From Acaryochloridaceae cyanobacterium VAR_48_metabat_390 (lineage in GTDB: Bacteria > Cyanobacteriota > Cyanobacteriia > Thermosynechococcales > Thermosynechococcaceae): a stretch of DNA of 64,000 bases. The stretch spans positions 1 through 64,000 of the forward strand of contig JANPLU010000016.1 of the NCBI GenBank assembly GCA_031422435.1. Reading direction: 5' to 3'. This document shows positions 18,433 through 26,499 of the stretch, in pieces. The translations under genes and the position numbers were made by a program. Positions within the stretch are counted from its first letter, which is position 1; each line of letters begins with the position of its first letter. The notes beneath the pieces are model-generated. The model ran no database searches. It was not told the DNA's origin and was given only the letters and a program-made list of their open reading frames with translations.

Positions 18433-19905
18433 CTATCGTCCACCGACAGTGATGGAATCTACTTTAATGTGGGGCTGACCTACCGTGACGTAGATGCTGC
18501 CGCTGACGGAACCACAAAACCCAGCAGCTAAGCCTAGGTCTTGAGAAGACATGGAAATCTTGTTCATGATTTCGGTGGCTTCGCCGATTAGGGTTGCGCC
18601 TTTGAGGGGCTTGGTGATTTTGCCATTTTCGATGAGGTAGGCTTCATCTACGGCGAAGTTAAATTGCCCAGTGGCACCAACGCTGCCACCGCCCATCTTT
18701 TTGCAGTACAGCCCTTTTTCAATAGAGGCAAAAATTTCGTCGGTGGTGTAGTTGCCTGGGGCAATGTAGGTGTTGCGCATTCGGCTGGCGGCAGCAAAGG
18801 CGTAGCTTTGGCGGCGACCGCTGCCTGTGCGAGGATTGCCTGTGCGGATGGATCCGGCGCGATCGCTCAGGAAGTTTTTCAAAATCCCATTTTCGATCAG
18901 CAGGGTGCGCTGAGCGGGCATCCCTTCGTCATCCATATCAATGGTTCCAAAGGCGTTATCGGTTAGCCCTTCATCCCAGGCGGTGAGGTTTTCGTGGGCA
19001 ATTTTTTCGCCTTTTTTATCGGAAAAAGGCGTGGTTTTACGCTCGATCTGGGTGGTTTCGAGGAGGTGTCCACAGGCTTCATGGAAAATTACGCCACCAA
19101 ATTCGTTTGCCATAACGACAGGGTAGGTGCCGGATTCAATAAAGTCGGCGTGAATCATTTGGGCGGCGGAGTGCGCGACTTCTTCGGCATCAATGGCAAA
19201 GTCCCAGGTTCTGAGGAAGTCTGGGGCATAGGTTGCACCCACGCGCTTACCAATGGAGGCGCGATCGCCATTTTCTTCGCACAGTAGGTTGTAGCCAACG
19301 GACTGAGTGAGGCGAATATCACGGGCAAACACACCATCACTGGCAGCAACTAAAACTTCTTGCCAGTCGCGGAAGTATACGGCTTTACGAGACTGGACGT
19401 GCTGGGCTTTTTGGAGCAGGCTGGCGTTGGCGGCAAGCAATACTTCGCTCATTTCCTGCATGGGGCTACAGCCTGCAAGCCAGCTATCTTTATTACGGGC
19501 GGTGGCATAGTCTCGCAGTAGCTCTAGGTTAATTTCGGGAACAAAGGCGCTGGGGTCAGGAAGGGTTAGCCCCATGATAGATAGCGCTTTTTCAAGCGAT
19601 CGCTTGAGTCCGCTAAAGCTCAGGTCGTTGGTGCTGACGTAGCAGTCTGCGCTGCCGACAAAGACTCGTACCCCTGCACCTGTGGCGAGACGGGGCGAAA
19701 GGCTGGTGATGGCATCGTCTTCTGCTTGGGCGCTGATGTAGTTAACGCGCTCTAGAAAAAATTCGATGAAGTCTGCTCCTGCGGCTCGTCCTAAACCCAG
19801 TAGTGTGGAGAGCGGCTGTCGCCAGCTTTCGTCAAAGCGATCGCGGCTAACGGCATAGTCTAGGTTGGGAAGTTCACGAGACAGCAGTGCGACGCTTGGG
19901 GACAT
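18433..19905 (-). CDS. tldD: TldD metalloprotease
   Basis: HEACGH zinc motif, [22 protein letters not shown]-terminal GFCGS..G...V.VGQPH. Confidence 0.93.
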   Translation of the reverse strand: MSPSVALLSRELPNLDYAVSRDRFDESWRQPLSTLLGLGRAAGADFIEFFLERVNYISAQAEDDAITSLSPRLATGAGVRVFVGSADCYVSTNDLSFSGLKRSLEKALSIMGLTLPDPSAFVPEINLELLRDYATARNKDSWLAGCSPMQEMSEVLLAANASLLQKAQHVQSRKAVYFRDWQEVLVAASDGVFARDIRLTQSVGYNLLCEENGDRASIGKRVGATYAPDFLRTWDFAIDAEEVAHSAAQMIHADFIESGTYPVVMANEFGGVIFHEACGHLLETTQIERKTTPFSDKKGEKIAHENLTAWDEGLTDNAFGTIDMDDEGMPAQRTLLIENGILKNFLSDRAGSIRTGNPRTGSGRRQSYAFAAASRMRNTYIAPGNYTTDEIFASIEKGLYCKKMGGGSVGATGQFNFAVDEAYLIENGKITKPLKGATLIGEATEIMNKISMSSQDLGLAAGFCGSVSGSIYVTVGQPHIKVDSITVGGR

Positions 19906-20028
19906 GCTAGACCTTTGGTGTAGAGAGAATTAGGGCTTTTCGCTTATTCTTCATAGTCTAGCAAACCCCCACCGATTGAATGGCGCGACTTAGCCGTCAT
20001 CATTAGGTGGAAATAAACAGAGTTAGAC

Positions 20029-20301
20029 CTATCTAAGTTGCTCATAGTGACCACCGATTGCAAATATATAAATGTAGTCACTATCAAACTTATAGATTAT
20101 TCGATCCCTTTGTGATAACCTTCGAGACCAAAGACCAGATAAATTATGTTTGAGAAGTTCAGGTTTACCGATCCCTACTTTTGGATCGCCTCTCAGCATT
20201 TCCTTAAGGATTTTACAAAGATTTTCGTGTAGTTTTTTGTCATTTTGACGCAATTGCTCATATGCATTCCAGGTGTCTCCTTCAAACACTAAGAATCTCA
20301 T
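20029..20301 (-). CDS. yoeB: Txe/YoeB-family toxin
   Basis: GIGKPELLKHNLSGLWSRRL..RDRIIY...GGHY; ATG at 20301 overlaps the antitoxin 3' end. Confidence 0.92.
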   Translation of the reverse strand: MRFLVFEGDTWNAYEQLRQNDKKLHENLCKILKEMLRGDPKVGIGKPELLKHNLSGLWSRRLSQRDRIIYKFDSDYIYIFAIGGHYEQLR

Positions 20302-20554
20302 TAATCTCCTCATAAGTCGGTGAATAGCCTTGTTTCTGGGCATGAGTGGCGAGTGAATTGGAAACTTGGCTCATTAAGCTACTGTTTTGCAGCACATGTA
20401 AGGTTTCTTGCTCTTGCTCCCAGTCCTCAGCACTAACCACAACAAAGTCTTGCCCATTTCGGCGAGTAACCTTAAGAGGGTTATGTTGACTAATGACTTT
20501 GTCAACACAGTCTTTCAAAGTGTCTCTAAATTTGTTTACGCTCACGGTATCCAT
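20282..20554 (-). CDS. yefM: Phd/YefM-family antitoxin
   Basis: MDTVSVNKFRDTLK..VD.V...H.PL.VTRRNG..FVVVSAEDW..EQETL.VLQN. Confidence 0.92.
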   Translation of the reverse strand: MDTVSVNKFRDTLKDCVDKVISQHNPLKVTRRNGQDFVVVSAEDWEQEQETLHVLQNSSLMSQVSNSLATHAQKQGYSPTYEEINEILSV

Positions 20555-20570
20555 TGGGGATAGACTCCAA

Positions 20571-20595
20571 ACGTACTGTAATACCGTACACTTTA
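20571..20595 (-). promoter_or_regulatory. Putative yefM-yoeB -10 element and GTAC-core operator repeats
   Basis: Minus strand TAAAGT-GTACGGTATTACAGTACGT: two GTAC palindromes just upstream of yefM. Confidence 0.5.
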
Positions 20596-20732
20596 CCCTA
20601 GAATTACTCTGTCTAACAACCCAATGCAAGGGATGCTCGAATCAGCCTTCTGGTTGGTCTTTTAACGTCGGTAAGGGCTGCTAACTTCGGTTTATAGTTA
20701 GTTTGCCGTCGATGCAGCTAGCAAATGGGTTT

Positions 20733-21449
20733 ATGAACGACCGCCCTCTACTCTCTCTAGAAAAGCTGAGCGTCAATTATGGTGGCATCCAGGCACTCCA
20801 ATCTATTGACTTAGAGATTTACCCAGGTGAAGTCGTAGCGCTGATTGGAGCCAACGGCGCTGGCAAAAGCACCACGCTGCGCGCCATCTCTCGAATGATT
20901 CCGGTACGCGATGGCTCTATTCACTATGTAGGACGAGCAATTCTCAGCCGCAACGCCCATGAGATGGTGAAGCTGGGCATGGCGCATAGCCCTGAAGGTC
21001 GCCGAATTTTAACCCGTCAAACCGTCTTAGATAACCTAAAGCTAGGAGCCTACAGCCGCTCTGATCGCTTGGGCATTAAAGCCGACCTAGAGCAGCAGTT
21101 TTTAACATTTCCGCGTCTTGCCGAACGTCGCCATCAGATTGCCGGAACGCTGAGCGGTGGCGAACAGCAAATGCTGGCGATCGCCCGTGCCCTGATGAGC
21201 CGTCCCAAACTCCTGCTGTTGGACGAACCCAGTTTGGGCTTGGCTCCGGCGATCGTTTTAGAAATTTTTGCCATTATTCGGAAATTACGGGAGGCAGGCA
21301 TCACGCTTTTGCTGGTTGAGCAAAACGCACATCTTGCCCTTAAGACTGCCGATAGAGGCTATGTGCTAGAGGCTGGACGCATTACGCTAACAGGGGTTGC
21401 GGCTGACTTGCTAGAAGACAAGCGCGTTAAGCAAGCTTATCTTGGCTAG
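20733..21449 (+). CDS. livF: Branched-chain amino-acid ABC transporter ATP-binding subunit (LivF family)
   Basis: GANGAGKS Walker A, PEGRRI, LSGGEQQMLAIARAL, LLLLDEPSLGLAP, LVEQN. Confidence 0.92.
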   Translation: MNDRPLLSLEKLSVNYGGIQALQSIDLEIYPGEVVALIGANGAGKSTTLRAISRMIPVRDGSIHYVGRAILSRNAHEMVKLGMAHSPEGRRILTRQTVLDNLKLGAYSRSDRLGIKADLEQQFLTFPRLAERRHQIAGTLSGGEQQMLAIARALMSRPKLLLLDEPSLGLAPAIVLEIFAIIRKLREAGITLLLVEQNAHLALKTADRGYVLEAGRITLTGVAADLLEDKRVKQAYLG

Positions 21450-21451
21450 TG

Positions 21452-21478
21452 GGGGCTGAAGGGATAAGGCGCGATCGC
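21452..21478 (+). repeat. Direct repeat copy 1 ending in HIP1
   Basis: GGGGCTGAAGGGATAAGGCGCGATCGC. Confidence 0.75.
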
Positions 21479-21532
21479 TATTTGATTCATGGGCGTACAA
21501 GCTTTACATGCGGACAGGCCAGAATCTCTTTA

Positions 21533-21799
21533 TCAGCCTTCCTCGCTTTCCATACTCCATTCATCAGACGATAGGGCTGATTCTTCTGGTTTTGCATGAA
21601 AAGCATAAGGCTGGAGGTTAGCCAAAGGATTAGGACTACCGTTGGGGCGATCGCTTATCTCAAGCTCAGACAGCTGTATCTGTATACCCTCAGCCAGAAT
21701 TTCAGAAGCCAATTTTTCTACGGATACATTTTTTGCTGCTTCTGCTTTGATCAAAAGCTCTTGCGCTTTTTCGGCAAGATAAACGTTGGTGACTGTCAT
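21533..21799 (-). CDS. Small hypothetical protein, antitoxin-like (orphan)
   Basis: 88 aa, GGAG RBS, ribbon-helix-helix-like N-terminus and acidic tail; no toxin ORF downstream. Confidence 0.55.
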   Translation of the reverse strand: MTVTNVYLAEKAQELLIKAEAAKNVSVEKLASEILAEGIQIQLSELEISDRPNGSPNPLANLQPYAFHAKPEESALSSDEWSMESEEG

Positions 21800-21932
21800 A
21801 GGTTTGTACTCTCCATATCTTCAGAATCTATCACAGGTGAACTGTCATGACTGTTAGCAGAATACAACTTACACTTACAGGGGTTGCTACTGACCTGTTG
21901 GAGGATGAGCGGATTAGAAAGCTTTGGGTAAC

Positions 21933-21957
21933 GGGGCTGAAGGGACAAAGCGATCGC
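21933..21957 (+). repeat. Direct repeat copy 2 ending in HIP1
   Basis: GGGGCTGAAGGGACAAAGCGATCGC; first 13 bp identical to copy 1. Confidence 0.75.
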
Positions 21958-22114
21958 CTATGAGTTGTTGAAATTCAATTTGATACAGCCCAGCCAGTTG
22001 ACTGACACTACCAAGAGTAATGCGCTGCTACTGAAAGAGGGTGATCGCAAGTTCGGTGCGGAAGTCTGTTTCACTGATTTGCAGGGTATCGGGCAGATCA
22101 ATTGTGATTTTCAT
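21950..22114 (-). pseudogene. UPF0175-family antitoxin pseudogene
   Basis: MKITIDLPDTLQISETDFRTELAITLFQ*QRITLGSVSQLAGLYQIEFQQLIGDR; in-frame TAG at 22028-22030; family resemblance stops at the HIP1 site. Confidence 0.75.
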
Positions 22115-22164
22115 TGTTTAGACTCTAGGAGGAGGGTTTGCAAAGAAAAAATTAGGTGAGATAG

Positions 22165-22590
22165 CTATGGCAACAGCTCAAAGCTTTGGCAATGTTGAGG
22201 GCGAAACAGCCTGAAGTCTCGCTGGTCTAAGGTCAAAACTGTGGTAATGCTGAGGCGCTCTGCCACTGCCATAACGCTAGCATCTACAAAATCAATACGG
22301 CTGTCGCCATATTTTATCAAAATCTCGGCAATCCGGTTCAGATCGATTTCTGTTAGGGCGATAATGCGGAATCGACTCTTAGGAAGACCTTTGAGAAAGG
22401 CAACAACGGTTGGAGTGCCTGCATCGCGCCCTAGCAGATACGCTACTTCAGCCAGAACGGTCTGGGGGAACCAGATAGTCTGATGCTGTTGATAAATTGG
22501 GGCTACATCCTGATGTCTTGCATCTGTTTGGTTGAGTAGGGCCACAATAAAGCCTGTGTCAGCTATGACTGTTCTGGTTTCCATGTCCAT
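22165..22590 (-). CDS. vapC: PIN-domain (VapC) toxin
   Basis: IADTG, D.RH, VLAEV.Y, DFVDASVMA.AERL, TLDQRDF acidic tetrad. Confidence 0.92.
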   Translation of the reverse strand: MDMETRTVIADTGFIVALLNQTDARHQDVAPIYQQHQTIWFPQTVLAEVAYLLGRDAGTPTVVAFLKGLPKSRFRIIALTEIDLNRIAEILIKYGDSRIDFVDASVMAVAERLSITTVLTLDQRDFRLFRPQHCQSFELLP

Positions 22591-22838
22591 CCAGATGTTG
22601 GAGTGATTGACTGTTGCAGGATGTCTTCAGATTGGGTTGCTAGGTCGGGAGATCCTGAAAACAGTCCAATTAGAGGATCATTATTAATATCGTTTTCATT
22701 AGGCACTTGAGTCTGAAGGTACGAAAGGACTGCTTCTGTGATGATAGATTCTGCTGTTTGACCTCGCTTTTGAGCTAATTGAGTGAGTCGTTCGATTAAG
22801 CTAGGCTCAGGATTCCATTGGACTTTTGAACTAGTCAT
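22563..22838 (-). CDS. Cognate antitoxin (RHH/CopG-like)
   Basis: L.ERL..LA..RGQT.E.II.EAV..YL, DPLIGLFSG; overlaps the vapC start. Confidence 0.8.
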   Translation of the reverse strand: MTSSKVQWNPEPSLIERLTQLAQKRGQTAESIITEAVLSYLQTQVPNENDINNDPLIGLFSGSPDLATQSEDILQQSITPTSGWTWKPEQS

Positions 22839-22865
22839 ACATTATTCCTCTACATAAGAAAGTTA

Positions 22866-23066
22866 CTACTGCCAGACTTGACGGACTTCAGGCAATATAT
22901 CTTCCTCAGACACATTTTTCCACTTAAGTAAAATTGAAAGAATTTCTTTATTCTGCCGTTCATAGAAGTAATACAGGAAATGAGCAAGTCGAGAGACTAA
23001 ACATCTATACTCAGGTCGCTCTTCAAAACGAATGAGTGGATTATCATCAGCATTAGTTAAAGCTTG
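22866..23066 (-). pseudogene. Start-less 66-codon C-terminal remnant of a larger protein
   Basis: Open frame QALTNADDNPLIRFEERPEYRCLVSRLAHFLYYFYERQNKEILSILLKWKNVSEEDILPEVRQVWQ* bounded upstream by TAA, with no usable start codon. Confidence 0.55.
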
Positions 23067-23073
23067 TTATAAT

Positions 23074-25014
23074 CTAAGTCCCAAACATATTATCCTCATC
23101 CAAAAAAAGAGATATTTGCGAATCCTCGCGCATGATTTCTTCTAAATCTTTATCACATTGCTCAAATTTATTGAGAGATTCAATTTTTTTTAATAAATTG
23201 AACGTTCTTGAATGAGCCTGTTTAAGAACAGTGTTATAAGCTCTTGGCGAGACAGTAATACTACCATCAGTAGAAGGGTCGCCAGCGGATGTCTCAACCG
23301 AAGCTCCTAACACATAACAAGTAATTTTTGTGAATTTATTTACTTTGCCACTTCCTCGTATCTCTCTTGCATACTTCATTGCTTGATCTTTTTCGTCATA
23401 GGAAATGGTAAATCCACCCTTTTTTAATTCCACAATAATTACTGTTGCAGTACCAGAAACCTCATGGTTCTCATCAAAAGCATCACAAGAGTAAATACCA
23501 ATTGAGCTATCAGGAAGCATTACAAAATCAGGACGCTTTCTAGGTGAATCAACTACCCCACCTTTGAATAGTTTTTTGACAACGGTAGCCAGAGACTGAT
23601 TAGATGTAAAACTAATAGACTCAAATTCTGGCCCAAAAATCCATAGCCCTCGTTCAAATAGAGGTTGCAGATCGTGCAACTCGTCGGCTGTAGGTGAATC
23701 AACCAGCTTTTCTAATTGACTAATAAGGTCAATGCGATACCTAAGTTCATCTAAAACCTTCTTTGCATCTGCTACAGTCCATTCTTCAAGAATTAAGTCT
23801 AAATTGTCTAGATCATTAGAATTCAACTTGGATAATTTTTCTAAAAGACCATAGCCAGAACGGGATTCCTCCAAATTAATTAAAGTTTTTACAGTATTAT
23901 TTAAATCTCTCTGATTAAGAGTTGGACAGTTTTCCTGGACTTCTTCTGCAAATTCTGCAATATTTTCCCGCGATATAAGTGGCAGTCGCTTAATGGCATC
24001 CTGATTTTTCGATAATACTGCTCGTTTTCTTGCTTTACGAATATCCCCTAGAAAATCTTGCAAATTACGTTTAACAAACTCTGTTATCTTTCGTCTGGTA
24101 ATATTGATTTCAGGCCCTGCGGAAAAGCCAGACCAATCAGGCTTAACAAAATTGACTAAATAATCTGCTTCAATAACATATGTAATTCGCTTGCCAATAT
24201 TCATACGAGCATCTAGCAGTGGACCATCATCTCCTTCCCATGTCGATTCACCCACTAATCGATGATTAACCCACCAGGCCAAACCACTTTGCTTACTAGT
24301 TCTTCCTGTCTTCTCACTATCAAATCGTCGAATTTCAACAGCTCCAAGATCACCAATATTTAAGGAGTAAACATCACATAAATGTTTTAAGTCTTCTAGT
24401 GTGACTGGATCCTCATTTACGTAAATACCAAAGTCTGGATCGGCTACAAAACGTGAACCAATTAGGTCAGCAAGTTGACTACAGTTCATGTCACTGATGT
24501 TCTGTTCTGCTTTGGTGTAAATACGAGTCCCATTTCCTTTGACTTTTCTCTCCTCCTCCAGATTAATAATAAAAGGTGTAGAGCCTTTACTTCTTTCTAC
24601 TCTAAATTTGTGTAGTTTCCCATCTTTTTGGGTTTCAACATAATATTGATTAGCAAAACAGAACATCGCATGTCGGCCAATTCCATTGCGGCCAAATGCG
24701 GTACGAGTAGTTTTTTTAGAGCCTTTAGGAAATTCAACTTTGCTACCCTGATATTGCAGTCGGTTGTAGCTCAACTCTTTCCACCGTTGGACAAACTCAT
24801 CGCAGGTCATGCCTACGCCATTATCCTCAATCATTACAAGCCTATCTTCACCTGTGGGCCAGCTAATTTGTACCTTATTGGCTCCAGCATCCCAACAATT
24901 TGCAACAAGCTCAACGATTGCATGGTGAGGATCAGTAATAATTTTGCCTGCATGATGATTTAGAAAGCTCTCACCAAATGTGGGCAATATGGACAATTGG
25001 CTTATATCTGGCAT
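23074..25014 (-). CDS. GHKL (MORC/HATPase_c_3-type) ATPase fused to a C-terminal PD-(D/E)XK-like nuclease
   Basis: ELVANCWDA, EDNGVGM, FGRNGIG, GT GHKL motifs; C-terminal LWIFG..RKRPDF...IIVELKK...Q...Y; AT-rich with no HIP1 seen. ATG at 25014 has an RBS-like AAGAGAG. Confidence 0.85.
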   Translation of the reverse strand: MPDISQLSILPTFGESFLNHHAGKIITDPHHAIVELVANCWDAGANKVQISWPTGEDRLVMIEDNGVGMTCDEFVQRWKELSYNRLQYQGSKVEFPKGSKKTTRTAFGRNGIGRHAMFCFANQYYVETQKDGKLHKFRVERSKGSTPFIINLEEERKVKGNGTRIYTKAEQNISDMNCSQLADLIGSRFVADPDFGIYVNEDPVTLEDLKHLCDVYSLNIGDLGAVEIRRFDSEKTGRTSKQSGLAWWVNHRLVGESTWEGDDGPLLDARMNIGKRITYVIEADYLVNFVKPDWSGFSAGPEINITRRKITEFVKRNLQDFLGDIRKARKRAVLSKNQDAIKRLPLISRENIAEFAEEVQENCPTLNQRDLNNTVKTLINLEESRSGYGLLEKLSKLNSNDLDNLDLILEEWTVADAKKVLDELRYRIDLISQLEKLVDSPTADELHDLQPLFERGLWIFGPEFESISFTSNQSLATVVKKLFKGGVVDSPRKRPDFVMLPDSSIGIYSCDAFDENHEVSGTATVIIVELKKGGFTISYDEKDQAMKYAREIRGSGKVNKFTKITCYVLGASVETSAGDPSTDGSITVSPRAYNTVLKQAHSRTFNLLKKIESLNKFEQCDKDLEEIMREDSQISLFLDEDNMFGT

Positions 25015-25169
25015 ATTGACTCTCTTTCTGAGTACACAGTTAAAATCCATCCAGATGTTTTGGGTATTGCCATCTTATGAAGCTGCTGACTCAGCAGCCA
25101 CAAATTATCTCTTCAACTATGTTCGCTGATTTGGAGTAAAAGATCTGTTGGTTTGGCGATCGCCGCACC

Positions 25170-25507
25170 CTACCGAATCACAACCCGTTCCGTATCCTGA
25201 CAAGGTTGTTTCATTCTAGATTTCAACATTTTGTGCGTCTATGAGAATGCGCTGTTCCAGACATCAGAGATTTTTATTTTCGATGACTGAAACCGCCTAA
25301 ACTCATCGCCTAAACCTAGAATGAAATGACCCTGGTATCCTGATGGTACCGAATCCGACCCAGCGTCTTCTGCTCCAACCCATCCAACGAGGGTAAATTG
25401 GCGTACTATTCCATGAGAAATTGGTCACTGGGCGATCGCCGTAATCCAAACCGTTGATGAACATCATTTAAGGTCTTAACAACCTGAGTGACCGCCGTTT
25501 GTACCAT
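25170..25507 (-). pseudogene. N-terminal remnant of a cyanobacterial restriction-endonuclease-like (HsdR N-terminal type) gene, with nonsense mutation and MITE insertion
   Basis: MVQTAVTQVVKTLNDVHQRFGLRRSPSDQFLME*YANLPSLDGLEQKTLGRIRYH; TAG at 25406-25408 where the family has Trp (FFxEW..xLP.L). Confidence 0.6.
25201..25334. mobile_element. 134 bp MITE with 19 bp imperfect terminal inverted repeats and 9 bp target-site duplication (ISAs1-like ends)
   Basis: Left end CAAGGTTGTTTCATTCTAG; right end (reverse complement) CAGGGTCATTTCATTCTAG, 16/19 match. GTATCCTGA at 25192-25200 and 25335-25343. Confidence 0.85.
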
Positions 25508-25713
25508 CAGTCCTTGCTCTACCCAACTACTCCTATGGTATTGCACCCAAGCAAGCCACTGTGTGAGTAAATCTAAGACTGGCGATTCAATAATTTTGCT
25601 AATATTGCTGAGACCAAACCTGAAAAATCAGCAAATTCTATTTTCCCCTTGAACGAACCGCCCAAATAAACCTATACTAGTAAGCTGTGACTTCATGAAT
25701 TAGAGGAAGTGAT

Positions 25714-26322
25714 ATGTCGCGATATCGGGGCGCGCGCCTTAGAATAGTGCGCCGCTTAGGAGAACTACCGGGTCTAACTCGGAAATCATCACGGCGGGCT
25801 TATCCGCCAGGGCAGCATGGACAGGCTCGCAAAAAGCGATCTGAATATGCGGTTCGACTCGAAGAAAAGCAAAAGCTTCGCTTTAACTACGGACTTTCTG
25901 AAAGACAGCTTTTACGCTATGTGCGTAAAGCCCGTCGGGCAGGTGGTTCTACAGGTACGGCGCTGCTGCAACTGCTAGAAATGCGTTTAGACAACACCAT
26001 CTTCCGCTTGGGCATGGCTCCTACCATCCCCTCAGCGCGTCAGTTGGTGAACCACGGACACATTACAATTAACGGCAAAACCGTTTCAATTCCGAGCTAT
26101 CAGTGCCGTCCAGGCGAAGAAATTGGGGTCAGAGACCGAGAACATTCTCGTAAAATGGTCGAAACCAATATTCAGTTCCCTGGGCTTGCAAATATCCCCA
26201 GTCACCTTGAGCTAGATAAAGCAAAGCTGAAGGGTAAGGTCAATAGTCTGGCCGAACGCGAATGGGTTGCTCTTGAAATTAATGAGCTGCTGGTGGTTGA
26301 GTACTACTCTCGAAAGGGATAG
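25714..26322 (+). CDS. rpsD: 30S ribosomal protein S4
   Basis: [42 protein letters not shown]. Confidence 0.99.
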   Translation: MSRYRGARLRIVRRLGELPGLTRKSSRRAYPPGQHGQARKKRSEYAVRLEEKQKLRFNYGLSERQLLRYVRKARRAGGSTGTALLQLLEMRLDNTIFRLGMAPTIPSARQLVNHGHITINGKTVSIPSYQCRPGEEIGVRDREHSRKMVETNIQFPGLANIPSHLELDKAKLKGKVNSLAEREWVALEINELLVVEYYSRKG

Positions 26323-26378
26323 AGTCTCGCTCAGCGATACAAAAATTCTACGCGGCATGTTTTCACACTTCTAGGCTT

Positions 26379-26412
26379 GGCTCTCGGATCCGTCAGATCG
26401 AGAGCCTTTTTT
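26379..26412 (+). terminator. Intrinsic terminator of rpsD
   Basis: GGCTCTCG...CGAGAGCC followed by TTTTTT. Confidence 0.85.
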
Positions 26413-26499
26413 ATGGGTACTTTTATAGAGATTCAGAGGTGCTTAGAAACTAAACTCTTATAGCTATTGTCTTTTAACCAAAACCCATCAGCCTTTACT

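Noticed and set aside
22031..22048. Apparent third copy of the HIP1-ended repeat (CTGAAAGAGGGTGATCGC)
   Set aside because: It is explained as coding sequence (AITLFQ) of the UPF0175 pseudogene.
22586..25059. 14 bp direct repeat TCCATCCAGATGTT at 22586-22599 and 25046-25059 flanking the GHKL block
   Set aside because: One copy lies in the coding overlap of the intact antitoxin-vapC pair, so use as an att site would split a cognate pair. A single 14-mer match can be chance.
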